Shown: positions 11,163-20,858, counted from the first letter of the stretch. The stretch is DNA of 59,236 nt from a bacterium (GCA_963663405.2 CAXXSM010000047.1:1-59236), one strand, 5' to 3'. Made by a program: numbers and translations. The notes: generated from the sequence alone by a model not told the origin.

Positions 11163-12279
11163 ATGAAAACACGCCGAACAGCAGGAACAGGGTGTTTATT
11201 CAAGCGTGGCCGATATTGGTATTTACGGATTAAGAAACCCGGCGGGAAAATAATCATGCGATCTCTGCGTGATCCGATTACCAATGAACGACCTACAACC
11301 AAAACTCACGCGGAAAAAATCGCCGCCGTCCTTGCCGCTGAAATATCAACCGGCGGTAAAATAGGACTCAATGGATATGACAATATTAAACTCACGAATC
11401 TAACCAAACTCGAGTGTAGTTATCGGGAAGCCTTCGAAAGCCAATGGGATATAAATCGTATCCGAAACCACACGAAGCTTATGAGTCGTTTTCAGGAACG
11501 ATTTCCTACAGTGGAAAGTATCACACACGAACGACTCGGTCAATATGTTAAAGAACGACTGTCTTCACTGACGGAAAAAACAAAAAAAACAAGTTTCTCC
11601 ATCGACAATCAACCGGGAACTCTCTGAATTAAGGCGTCTTCTCAACTGGGCTCTTCAAACAGAAAAAATCATAAAGAATCCCATGTGTGGATTCAAGTTC
11701 TTGAAAGAGACAGATCATCGTGAAAGAATACTGAATGAAGATGAAGTGGAGCGATTACTCTTCGCCTTGGATGATGAGCGGTTTGATCGGATTCGGCTGA
11801 TCGTAAAAATTGCGTTATACACAGGGATGCGACGAGGAGAGATTTTTACACTTCAATGGAATTGGACAAGTGGGAAACGTATCAACTATGTGGATTTAGA
11901 AAACAACATTTTTGATCTGCAGGATACGAAAAGTCGAAGGCGGAAAGTTCCTATTCCAACCGTTCTACTTGAAGAACTCAAAAGGAACAAAAAAGAATCT
12001 GGTTATTTATTTACATTGCTGAGAGATCCATCAAAACCGATTACTGTCATTAAGGACTTTCACAAATTATTAAAAGCGGCAAAGATAAAACGATTCAAAT
12101 TTCACGATCTTAGGCATACGGCTGCCTCCCGTATGTTGAGACGAGGGGCCGATATCCGAACCGTTCAACAGCTTTTAGGTCACAGCACGATCACGACAAC
12201 AATGCGATATCTAACCTCTCTTGATGACCAGAAACGGCAAGCGATAGAAAGTATATCCAATTTGTCTAGTAAGGATTGA
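11163..12279 (+). CDS. int: Tyrosine integrase with N-terminal arm-binding domain, split by one extra A in the A8 run at 11582-11589
   Basis: GTGCLFKRGRYWY arm-domain-like start; removing one A joins the frames (KKQVSPSTINRELSELRRLLNW) into 371 aa; catalytic R-K-HxxR-H-Y present (GMRRGE, HDLRH, LLGH, MRYL). Confidence 0.88.
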
Positions 12280-12290
12280 GGATCGGTGCG

Positions 12291-14360
12291 ATGGCAAAAC
12301 AAAAAAAGACAATTCTTAAACTTTGGGGAGTATCAAGTTATGGCGATAATCAGATCGTTCCAGAATATCTACTGGAAAAATCAACAGACGGAAAACTGTG
12401 TTTCAAAACAAATGAGTATTATTCCTTGCTAAGTGAACTAATCGGTAATAAAAAAGAATTTGAGGAATATGAAGATTGGATAGAGAGGAATTTCATCCGA
12501 ACGTTAGAAAATTTAAAAAAGGAAAGACATTACGTTGAATCGCTTTTTGCAAAATACTTGCCCCTTGGAGGATTTTCAAGGTTCCTTTTGGAATGCCTCT
12601 TCGATTTCACACGTGTTAATCAAACGAGCGATTTATGGAACGAAGAGGCCGTATATCCAGTAAGCAAGTTAGTCAGTGATCTGCAAAAAGAAGATCCAAA
12701 TAAAATGTCTGGATGGACAAAAGGAAAACCAAATAATATCCCACAGGATTTTCCAGATTTTCTAAGAGTCTTGATAGAATTCTCATCATTATCACAAAAG
12801 ACTAAACGAGTACTCAAGCACTATAAAACAAAAATAACACTACAACAGCGTTTTTTAGAGGTATATTGGTCGCTAAATGATTGGCTTGCGGAAGTATACA
12901 TAAGAATAGGAAAGTTTGACAAATTAAATGAGATTTTAGAAATCCTGCGCGATGCGAATCAAAAAGCCATGAAATGGCATTGTATATATCCAGACAATCG
13001 GATTGACCGTTGGCAGTCAGTGACTTTAAAGATCATTGAAAAAGCAAAGAAATCCATAATTGAAAATGAAGAAATCATAAATATCAAACAGAGTTGGGAA
13101 ACAGCTTTTGGTGGGTGGATTGGCAATAGTGATTCTCTTCTGGAACTGATGAAAGTAGTAAAAGCTCACGCGACAAGACTCAAAAAGGTGAGCAAGAAAC
13201 CAAAGGTTACATCTCTGTACAGCAACAGACATCTCTTAGTCCTAGGAGAAAGCGGGACCGGGAAAGAATTAGTATGTCATGCGATTGGAACACTTATTGG
13301 TAAAAAAGTATATTCAGTCAATTGTGCCAGTATTCCTGAAAATCTTGCCTATTCGGAATTATTTGGACACACTAAGGGAGCTTTCACTGGCGCCGATAGA
13401 GATAGAAAGGGATTGTTTGAAACCGCAAAAGATAATGTAATATTCCTTGATGAATTTCATCATTTAGATAAAAACATACAAGCCATGTTATTGCGAGTCG
13501 TCGAAGATAATAAATTTAATAAACTTGGATCCGATCCAAATAATTGTGAGCCAACCCAAGTGACTATCATTGCTGCTTCAAACCTATCAGTAAATAAGTT
13601 ACAAAAAAGAGTGTTACCTGATTTGTTATGGCGATTGGGTCTTAGAAATGAAATCTATGTTCCACCACTCCGGGAACGGGAATACGATCGAATGATCCTA
13701 GCAAAGAAATTGATGGACGAATATTCAATTCAAATTGAACCAACCGCGTTGTCGATGTTTTCGTCCATTCCTTTCAGCAAAGGAAACATTCGGGAAATGA
13801 GAAATCGAGTCAGCCGATTAGCGACATATCTCATATATGAAACTGATGAATCAGATACACAACGTATTATCACATTTAAAGATATTCTCAAGATATTTCC
13901 AAATGTACTTGAAGAGAATAAGAAGAGAATCTATGAAATTACAAAAGAAATGGAAGTGTGCGATGAAAAACTGAAAGATTTATCTACCAAGGAGCGAAAA
14001 CGACAAAGCAAAGATGAAAATCGCATTATTCTTGAACGAAAAATGTTCCTAATGTGTGAATTAGAAAAATACAGTCTATTGGACTACTCGGAAAACCAAT
14101 TCCCTTCCGCCATGGATACCTATATTGCATATCTTTTATTGAGTAATTCTAGTATCACCAATTCTCCAACAAGGAAGAGAGGACGCAAGACGGATGAAGA
14201 AATGAAAAAAAGGAGAAAACGTTTACTCAAAAAGCATAATGGCGATTTTCACCAAGCAGTGAAAGACGAAGAATCAATTACCGGAAAGAAGATCACACCA
14301 AAGTCTTTCTACGATTACGCGAAAGAGCATAATCTTACTCCTCTCAAGTATCCGAGTTAA
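12291..14360 (+). CDS. Sigma54-dependent enhancer-binding protein (NtrC-family AAA+) with an uncharacterised ~310-aa N-terminal domain and C-terminal Fis-like HTH
   Basis: GESGTGKE Walker A, SELFGHTKGAFTGA, FLDEF Walker B, GNIREMRN sensor II; no receiver domain recognised. Confidence 0.9.
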   Translation: MAKQKKTILKLWGVSSYGDNQIVPEYLLEKSTDGKLCFKTNEYYSLLSELIGNKKEFEEYEDWIERNFIRTLENLKKERHYVESLFAKYLPLGGFSRFLLECLFDFTRVNQTSDLWNEEAVYPVSKLVSDLQKEDPNKMSGWTKGKPNNIPQDFPDFLRVLIEFSSLSQKTKRVLKHYKTKITLQQRFLEVYWSLNDWLAEVYIRIGKFDKLNEILEILRDANQKAMKWHCIYPDNRIDRWQSVTLKIIEKAKKSIIENEEIINIKQSWETAFGGWIGNSDSLLELMKVVKAHATRLKKVSKKPKVTSLYSNRHLLVLGESGTGKELVCHAIGTLIGKKVYSVNCASIPENLAYSELFGHTKGAFTGADRDRKGLFETAKDNVIFLDEFHHLDKNIQAMLLRVVEDNKFNKLGSDPNNCEPTQVTIIAASNLSVNKLQKRVLPDLLWRLGLRNEIYVPPLREREYDRMILAKKLMDEYSIQIEPTALSMFSSIPFSKGNIREMRNRVSRLATYLIYETDESDTQRIITFKDILKIFPNVLEENKKRIYEITKEMEVCDEKLKDLSTKERKRQSKDENRIILERKMFLMCELEKYSLLDYSENQFPSAMDTYIAYLLLSNSSITNSPTRKRGRKTDEEMKKRRKRLLKKHNGDFHQAVKDEESITGKKITPKSFYDYAKEHNLTPLKYPS

Positions 14361-14452
14361 TTACTCCACTTAATTCTATCCAACAGAAAATACAAGACTT
14401 ACGCTATTACTCCACTTAATAAAATTCCACTCCACCTATTACTCTACTTAAT
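14361..14452 (+). promoter_or_regulatory. Repeated TTACTCCACTTAAT boxes, candidate upstream activator sequences
   Basis: Exact copies at 14361 and 14407, a 1-mismatch copy at 14439, degenerate copies at 14427 and 14335. Confidence 0.6.
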
Positions 14453-14463
14453 TCAGAATATCT

Positions 14464-14492
14464 CATAACCTACTGTAAATAAATAACTTATA
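14464..14492. promoter_or_regulatory. IHF-like binding site between the UAS boxes and the sigma54 promoter
   Basis: AATAAATAACTTA has one mismatch to WATCAANNNNTTR; 23/29 identical to 57090-57118. Confidence 0.5.
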
Positions 14493-14507
14493 GTGATCCT
14501 ATGTGCG

Positions 14508-14524
14508 TTGGCATACAACCTGCT
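14508..14524 (+). promoter_or_regulatory. Sigma54 (-24/-12) promoter
   Basis: TTGGCATACAACCTGCT: GG 14510-11, exactly 10 nt, GC 14522-23; GGAGG RBS at 14553 and ATG at 14566 downstream. Confidence 0.75.
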
Positions 14525-14565
14525 TTATGATCCAAAAAGAAATCAAATCGACGGAGGAGACCATA

Positions 14566-14766
14566 ATGAATCCGCATGAACCCGCTTTTCCATTTTGGTT
14601 AAAGATGAAAGATGTCGCTAGTATCACCCAACTGAGCCTTTCGTCCATTAAGCGATTTGCCGCTGAAGGTCGGATAGATTCTAATTGCGGAAGAAAATTT
14701 GGGAAATCTTGGCGGTTTAAGCGAGACATTATTCTAAATGAGGGATTAATTCTAACTAAACAGTGA
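14566..14766 (+). CDS. Excisionase-like / AlpA-MerR-type HTH DNA-binding protein
   Basis: 66 aa, WLKMKDVASITQLSLSSIKRFAAEGRI...KFGKSWRF; strong RBS. Confidence 0.75.
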   Translation: MNPHEPAFPFWLKMKDVASITQLSLSSIKRFAAEGRIDSNCGRKFGKSWRFKRDIILNEGLILTKQ

Positions 14767-15824
14767 AACCGCACAGGCATGTGAGAATCAAAATATTTAT
14801 CATCATGGTTGAGATTAAATCTGTGAAAAAGGAACGGACGATCTTCCTCCCGGTATCGACTTTCAAAAAACTTTGTGAAAAGTTTACGTCACCAGGAGTA
14901 ATTCTTACGTATATTGCGCTCAAATCCTTTGCAGACCGAAACGGCCATTGCAATCCACTGATTTCTACCCTGATGGAAATGACGAAAACTAAAGAGCGTA
15001 CGATCCAGGATCACATCAAAGAGCTAAAAAAATACGGATTTATTCGAGTGAAATTAAACAAAGGACATTCCGCGAGTGATTACTACCTATTAGTAACGGA
15101 GAGAGGCGTGGATTCACGCGCCTCTACAAATCAAGAGAGACACGCGGGAAATCGCGCCTCTGAAGCCGAGAGAGGCGCAGATTCCCGCGAGAGAGGCGCG
15201 GTGGACCGTGGGGTTAACAGTTATGAACAGTTAAAAAGCTTTAACAATACTGACGGAACGGAAAAAAAGAAAAAAAACAAGTCATTGGAGAAGGCCACAA
15301 AGTCAGAGGATTTCGAAGCGAATTTCGAAGAAGTTTACAGGGCATATCCACAGAAAGGACGGAAACAGCGAGCGCGTGATCAATACAAGGCGGCACTCAA
15401 ATTGATATCTCATGCGGAACTCCTCAAAGCCGTCAAAGATTACAACGAGTCTCCATACGTCCAAAGCCGGATTAACGATCCGGAAAATAAAAAATACATT
15501 CCTCTCTTCGTCAATTGGTTGAAAGACTGCTCATGGGAGGCTGAGGAACGGGATCGATGGAATAACGCGGCGCCGGGTTGGAAACCTCCAGAAAAAAAAT
15601 ATACCGCAGATGAACAGCGGGAGATTATCCGGGGGAAAATACGCGCTCAGATATTCGAGGAATTAGCCGAATGCATGAAAATCGTAACGGAGCCGTCACG
15701 CCTTCTGGAGCGGATGGGCAACCGTCCTGACGTATACGATAGACTGAGATTAATCGACGGCACAACGGAGTTATCAGCATTCGTGGAATTCGCCGCCGGA
15801 TTGGGGGTGAAAATCGATGGCTGA
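14763..15824 (+). CDS. Phage-type replication initiator (N-terminal wHTH)
   Basis: wHTH (LTYIALKSFADRNGHCNP...RTIQDHIKELKKYGFI), repetitive linker, FEEVYRAYPQK...NWL C-terminal domain; overlaps dnaB start; may start at ATG 14805. Confidence 0.75.
   Translation: MKPHRHVRIKIFIIMVEIKSVKKERTIFLPVSTFKKLCEKFTSPGVILTYIALKSFADRNGHCNPLISTLMEMTKTKERTIQDHIKELKKYGFIRVKLNKGHSASDYYLLVTERGVDSRASTNQERHAGNRASEAERGADSRERGAVDRGVNSYEQLKSFNNTDGTEKKKKNKSLEKATKSEDFEANFEEVYRAYPQKGRKQRARDQYKAALKLISHAELLKAVKDYNESPYVQSRINDPENKKYIPLFVNWLKDCSWEAEERDRWNNAAPGWKPPEKKYTADEQREIIRGKIRAQIFEELAECMKIVTEPSRLLERMGNRPDVYDRLRLIDGTTELSAFVEFAAGLGVKIDG
15099..15280. repeat. Iteron-like repeats and AT-rich tract inside the initiator gene (putative origin)
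   Basis: Four GAGAGAGGCGyG-like units, partly paired with inverted CGCGCCTCT, then AACAGTTA x2 and an A-rich tract. Confidence 0.6.
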
Positions 15825-17157
15825 GAAAATCCCCCCACACAACTCCCAAGCAGAAATTAAACTCCTCGGCTCGTGTCTGCGCTGTAACGCCGATGGCTTC
15901 GCGGAAACGGAAGCCATTCTCCGGGCGCGGAATCTCGATCTCAAACCAGAAGATTTCTACGAGCCGAAACACGGGACGATATACCTCGCACTCTGCGGCA
16001 TGGCGGAGCGGCGCGAGGAAATTACATTAACCGCTCTCGGCGATTGCCTGGAGCGATCCGGGAATCTCCAACGGGTTGGCGGCGCGTACTATCTCATCGA
16101 GTTGGCGCAGTCGGTCGCAACCTCGGCCAATGTCGAGTACTGGTCCAAGATCGTCCTCGAATGCGCACAACGCCGGAATCTTATCCGGAGTTGTCAGGAG
16201 ACGATCACGCAGACGTACGCGGCGGAGTCAACCGAGGAATTAATCTCCGCACACCAATCCCGTATCCATGCGATTCTCGGACGCGCTGACGGCAAGCGCG
16301 GACTCAAGCCGATAGGCGACACACTACCGGAGGCCATCGAGAGTATCCAAGCGCGGAGCGAGAATCTGTACGGGGGCCGGGCGGCCTGCGACGGGATATC
16401 TACCGGCTTGATCGATCTCGATCGCAAGATTGGCGGCCTGGGCCGGGGCCGTCAAATTGTCCTCGCGGCGCGGCCATCTGAGGGAAAGACGAGTCTCGGC
16501 GCACAGATCGCCGCTCATGCGGCGCGGTCTGGAAACCATGTCTGTGTCTTCTCATTGGAAATGTCCAACCAAGAGTTGACAGAACGAATTCTCTCGAACG
16601 TGGCCGAGGTAAATATCAGGCAGGCGCTTGATATTGCGAAATCTACGCGGCTGCTCAACGCCGAGAAACTCGCCAAGGACTGGGAGTTGTACATTGACGA
16701 CTCTCCATTGCAGATCGAAAAGATTGAGTCACGGGCGCAGCGTCAGGCGCTTATCAAGCAAATTGATTTGATCGTGGTTGATTATCTGCAACTCTCTGAG
16801 ACGAGTCACACACACAAGCGCTATGAGGCCGTCACGTTGATATCCCGACGTTTGAAACTCCTCGCCAAGGAGTTGAATTGTCCGATTCTGACGCTCTCAC
16901 AATTGAATCGGGAGAGCGAAAAAAATAACGAGCCGCCAAAACTGTCCAACCTGCGAGACAGCGGCGCCATCGAGCAGGACGCGGATCAAGTGCTATTTAT
17001 CCACGCGCCGGACGGCAATGACAAGCGGGAGTCCGGGACGCGAGAAATTATCGTGGCCAAGAACAGGCACGGGCCGATAGGCCAAATTGATTTATATTTC
17101 CGCAAGGATTTAACGCGGTTTGAACCGCTCAGTGATCGAGAGGAGGAAATAATCTAA
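15817..17157 (+). CDS. dnaB: Replicative DNA helicase, phage/element-type DnaB
   Basis: PPHNSQAE N-terminus, AARPSEGKT, FSLEM, VVDYLQL, LSQLNR, LRDSGAIEQDAD, KNRHGP. Confidence 0.95.
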   Translation: MAEKIPPHNSQAEIKLLGSCLRCNADGFAETEAILRARNLDLKPEDFYEPKHGTIYLALCGMAERREEITLTALGDCLERSGNLQRVGGAYYLIELAQSVATSANVEYWSKIVLECAQRRNLIRSCQETITQTYAAESTEELISAHQSRIHAILGRADGKRGLKPIGDTLPEAIESIQARSENLYGGRAACDGISTGLIDLDRKIGGLGRGRQIVLAARPSEGKTSLGAQIAAHAARSGNHVCVFSLEMSNQELTERILSNVAEVNIRQALDIAKSTRLLNAEKLAKDWELYIDDSPLQIEKIESRAQRQALIKQIDLIVVDYLQLSETSHTHKRYEAVTLISRRLKLLAKELNCPILTLSQLNRESEKNNEPPKLSNLRDSGAIEQDADQVLFIHAPDGNDKRESGTREIIVAKNRHGPIGQIDLYFRKDLTRFEPLSDREEEII

Positions 17158-17366
17158 TGGAGACGCTGAAAGTCTTTTGCAAAAAATGTAAACGATTTCT
17201 TTCCACCGCCCGGCGCGGGTCACAAGTCCATTGTCCTTCATGCGGTGAATACTCAACCGCCGGGATCGGGCAACGGGCCGAAATACCGGACTTGGTTGAG
17301 ATGGCCAAGATGGGCAGACAACGAAAGAGGAAGCGGAATCGAATGTCTGTTTGCATATTTGCATGA
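17157..17366 (+). CDS. Small Zn-ribbon protein
   Basis: CKKC...CPSC; translationally coupled to dnaB. Confidence 0.6.
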   Translation: METLKVFCKKCKRFLSTARRGSQVHCPSCGEYSTAGIGQRAEIPDLVEMAKMGRQRKRKRNRMSVCIFA

Positions 17367-17393
17367 AAATAACCAATGAAAGGACGAACAACC

Positions 17394-17738
17394 ATGAAAA
17401 ATATTTCTATGAAAACCGATGGAAACAGTGTTCAGATAACGATTAACTTGGAGAATGAATGTATGTCTAATGGTTCATCTGATCGAGAATTAATCCCTTC
17501 CGTTTCTAGATTCGATCCCCGTATTCCGGCTTTCGATTATCTCGTAGGTAATAAATGCGAACATCCAGATTCGATTGTTAGGAATACATGGTTAAAGGTG
17601 ATTGGTTGGCCGTACAGCGATCAAGCCGCGTTCGCTTTGCAGGTTGGAATATTAATCAAGAATGGAATCCTTGAGCCGGAAGCATGTAAATATACATATG
17701 AGGGGATGACAATCAGTACACCATCTTTGAAAAGATGA
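17394..17738 (+). CDS. Hypothetical protein
   Basis: GAAAGGA RBS; N-terminus similar to the 18111 ORF. Confidence 0.6.
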   Translation: MKNISMKTDGNSVQITINLENECMSNGSSDRELIPSVSRFDPRIPAFDYLVGNKCEHPDSIVRNTWLKVIGWPYSDQAAFALQVGILIKNGILEPEACKYTYEGMTISTPSLKR

Positions 17739-17744
17739 ACGATC

Positions 17745-17954
17745 ATGAAAAACAATGGAAAAAAGAAACTGATCTCGAAACCCGCTTTCCCAAAACTGAT
17801 CGAGGTTCGATGCTCAAGATGCGAGCACGTTTTGTGTTCCGCGCCGGTTGGAGCGCGTGTGTGTTGTGAAGACTGCCATCGCTGGCATATCGTGAAAGAC
17901 TGCGATGGGAAACTCCTTGTTTTTGAGTGGAAGCCTGACGCGCCTAAAGAATAA
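17745..17954 (+). CDS. Small Zn-ribbon protein
   Basis: CSRC...CEDC; paralogous to the 17157 ORF. Confidence 0.6.
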   Translation: MKNNGKKKLISKPAFPKLIEVRCSRCEHVLCSAPVGARVCCEDCHRWHIVKDCDGKLLVFEWKPDAPKE

Positions 17955-18110
17955 CCAGAAATCGCCGGGAAGGCGCTAAATCTTCGCCCTGTTGGATGTT
18001 TGGTATTTTTCCGATGAATGAGCCGCGCAAAACAGGAAACGCCGTGCACGCGCAACGAGCAGACATTTTAGTGAGTGTAATTTGAATCGGCATTGAAAGG
18101 ATGAAAGATC

Positions 18111-18299
18111 ATGAAGAATGTAGGAATGATAGTTGATGGAGACGTTCTACGAATCGAGATCAATCTTACGAAAGAATGTGGACTTTCAAAGTCCGGGAAA
18201 ACCACCATTGTAGCAACCACCGCCGGAAATGTTCCTTTGCCAAACAGAGAAAACATTAAGATTGGGCTGAATTGTTTTAAACCGTTGGACCGGGAGTGA
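18111..18299 (+). CDS. Small conserved hypothetical protein
   Basis: MKNV...INLTKECGLSKSGKTTIVATTAGN...IGLN resembles a ~60-aa uncharacterised family recalled from memory; RBS present. Confidence 0.65.
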   Translation: MKNVGMIVDGDVLRIEINLTKECGLSKSGKTTIVATTAGNVPLPNRENIKIGLNCFKPLDRE

Positions 18300-18356
18300 T
18301 TTTTATATCAAAGTACTTTATATTAAAAAGCATATTCCTTGACAACCTCCCCCAGG

Positions 18357-18533
18357 ATGTCGACATCATCCCAATACCATATCGATACGAACCCCATATC
18401 AACCCCATACCATATCGATATCAACACCATATCAACCCCATATCGATATCAACCCCATATCGATATCAACACCATACCATATCGACACTATGTGGACATC
18501 ATCCCCTCAAGGGGCCCCCTATAGGGGCCCCCC
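18357..18533. repeat. CCATATC(GATATCAAC) repeat array plus GC-rich near-palindrome
   Basis: Seven CCATATC copies (18377-18483) between ATGT(C/G)GACATCATCCC direct repeats; GGGGCCCCCTATAGGGGCCCC at 18511. Confidence 0.8.
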
Positions 18534-19048
18534 AGTCACAAACAGAAAAAAAACCAAAAATCCCCCGTTGACTTCCATTTCCCTCAAAAACTATCTCCCC
18601 CCAAGGGTGTACGAAATAAATATGGGTAAAAGATCATCCAGTAGTTCGTGAAGCCCAATAATCATCTCATTCACTACTGAGTAAACAACATCCCAGGGTA
18701 ATATAAATCGCCACATCTCCGAGGACCACCTGACGTTTCGTTTGAGCCAATCCAGTCCAAACCACTTCTGCAAATAGGTCTTTCCCAAACTCTTCAGCCG
18801 TCTCGATCAAACCAGAATAAGTTGTCAAATCCAAATTCCGTTATTGTATATATTTATTATAACAAATCATAATACTACCATTATATCGTTTTTTAATACA
18901 TATAATTATATATTCAAAATTCAATGCTTGATTTAGAAAATTAGTTTTTGAATAATTGAAATTGTCATACGATAGACCGATATACATACACTAAAAAATC
19001 TAAAAAAATCCGCAGAGGTGTAATTAACACATAAACCATCGATCCAAA

Positions 19049-19106
19049 GGGGGGGCGGGGGGGTCGATTCCTAGAGAACAACGGATATATAATCCGTTGT
19101 TCTCTA
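19049..19106. repeat. G7-C-G7 tract and perfect 15-bp inverted repeat
   Basis: TAGAGAACAACGGAT-ATATA-ATCCGTTGTTCTCTA at 19072-19106. Confidence 0.8.
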
Positions 19107-19482
19107 TCTCATAACATATTGATATATAAAGACTTACGAATCTTTGAAATAGGCATAGAATAGGGGGATTAATAGATTGATTGTTCACATATATACATTC
19201 ATCGATGATAGGTATTAATTGTGCATATGCTCATAACATTACCCAAATAGACTCCAAATAGCCCACAAATAGGGTGTTAATAAGCCCTTATTTCCCCGTT
19301 GTTTGCATCATATTTCCATTTTTCCTATAGTATTGACCGCGTGCGTTCAGGATGATACTAAATGGTTTAATAACTATCAAATAGTTGTTAAATAGGCAAT
19401 ATATATGTTGACTTTTGTAATTTGTTCATGATAGGATAGGGTTGTAGTTGAGGGAAATATAGAGATTGAAGGAGTAGGAACG

Positions 19483-20121
19483 ATGAGACTAACTGAGGAG
19501 TACAGACCAAGAACTTGGTCCGAAGTTTTGGCCCAAGACAAGGCAATTGAACGCATCAAACGAATTGGGAAACGCGGCTACGGCGGTAGAGCGTTTTGGA
19601 TATCCGGTCAATCGGGGACTGGAAAGACAACTCTAGCCTATCTCATCGCAGAGGAAATAGCGGACGGCTGGAGTATTCACGAACTGGACGCGGGAGAGAT
19701 GACCGTTAGCCGGTTGAAGTCAATCGAATCGGATATGAACCATCTCGCCTTGGGTAAAGGCGGGAAAGCGTATCTCATTAATGAGGCGCATGGTCTCCGG
19801 AAGGAAGCAATACGGCAATTGCTTGTCATGCTTGAACGTCTTCCGTCTCATGTCTGTGTTGTTTTTACTACAACGTGTGAAGGTGAAGAGAAACTTTTTG
19901 AAGACTATGACGATTCATCACCATTAATAAGCCGTTGCGCGCATATAAAACTAGCAAGGCGGGATCTTACAAAACCATTCGCCGAACGCGCGCAATTCAT
20001 AGCACAGGAAAACGGCTTAGATGGAAAACCTTTAGCATCCTATATCAAACTAGCGCAGAAGCATCGAAACAACATGAGAGCGGTCCTGCAAGCAATTGAA
20101 GCCGGTGAGATGATGGATTAA
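19483..20121 (+). CDS. Clamp-loader/RarA-clade AAA+ ATPase
   Basis: [14 protein letters not shown]-terminus, [14 protein letters not shown] (degenerate Walker B), SRC arginine finger. Confidence 0.8.
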   Translation: MRLTEEYRPRTWSEVLAQDKAIERIKRIGKRGYGGRAFWISGQSGTGKTTLAYLIAEEIADGWSIHELDAGEMTVSRLKSIESDMNHLALGKGGKAYLINEAHGLRKEAIRQLLVMLERLPSHVCVVFTTTCEGEEKLFEDYDDSSPLISRCAHIKLARRDLTKPFAERAQFIAQENGLDGKPLASYIKLAQKHRNNMRAVLQAIEAGEMMD

Positions 20122-20173
20122 TTCAGTCTTGTTTTAAGTCTGTTTAAAACCTATTTCAAAGGAGTGAAGGACA

Positions 20174-20413
20174 ATGAAGGAAAAAAGAGATTACACGGTT
20201 ATCGCAGAAGGAAACTCTCAGGGAGATTACGTTACTTGCCTTTATTCTGCTGAATACGATTGGGTTATGGAATGGGCGCGATTTGCTTCACGATATTATG
20301 GGAATGTTCCCGTTACTGTCCTTGAAACTATTTCCCGTGAACCCTATCGATCAAAACAAGTTGGTTCAATTGAACCGAGTAACGAGCCTCTTTTTGAATT
20401 TCCAGTAATCTAA
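20174..20413 (+). CDS. Hypothetical protein
   Basis: RBS and operon context. Confidence 0.6.
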   Translation: MKEKRDYTVIAEGNSQGDYVTCLYSAEYDWVMEWARFASRYYGNVPVTVLETISREPYRSKQVGSIEPSNEPLFEFPVI

Positions 20414-20426
20414 AGGAGAAAAAATC

Positions 20427-20837
20427 ATGTACAGATTAATCATAACAAGAAGTATTGTTGCGAGTGATGGGGAAGGGCGAGAGGTTATGACTGAAAAGAA
20501 AGACCTCGATTTCGATTTAGATACTTGTATTACTTGTGGGAGAGTCTTGGTAAATGATCAATTCGTAAGAAGGGTAAAGGTTGTTGATCCTAAAAATGAG
20601 ATCATTGTTCGATGGGATTCATGGTTGGCTAAATTGATTCAACGATGCAATGGGCGTGAATTGGAAATCTCGAACACGAAAATAGAATCAATTTACCATC
20701 TGCACAAACGAGCTTTTAAATCGAGAGACGAGATTTTAAGAGAAGGAAAAGAATTGAATCGCGTTGACTGGGTGATGGTATATCCAAACGGCACAGAAAA
20801 CCATGTCTGCGCGATGAATAATGGTATTCCAGTATAA
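20427..20837 (+). CDS. Hypothetical protein
   Basis: AAGGAG RBS and operon context. Confidence 0.65.
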   Translation: MYRLIITRSIVASDGEGREVMTEKKDLDFDLDTCITCGRVLVNDQFVRRVKVVDPKNEIIVRWDSWLAKLIQRCNGRELEISNTKIESIYHLHKRAFKSRDEILREGKELNRVDWVMVYPNGTENHVCAMNNGIPV

Positions 20838-20858
20838 AACAATTGTAATACAAAAATA

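Noticed and set aside
18357-18505. CRISPR array
   Set aside because: Units are 7-17 bp with no unique spacers, and there are no cas genes
18296-18788. ORFs 18296-18571 (+), 18339-18524 (+) and 18591-18788 (-) as genes
   Set aside because: The first two arise from the DNA repeat staying open in several frames; the third has a TTG start, no RBS and no motif
19483-20121. Host dnaX or rarA
   Set aside because: Only 212 aa, no Zn module or C-terminal domains, degenerate Walker B, and located in a mobile operon
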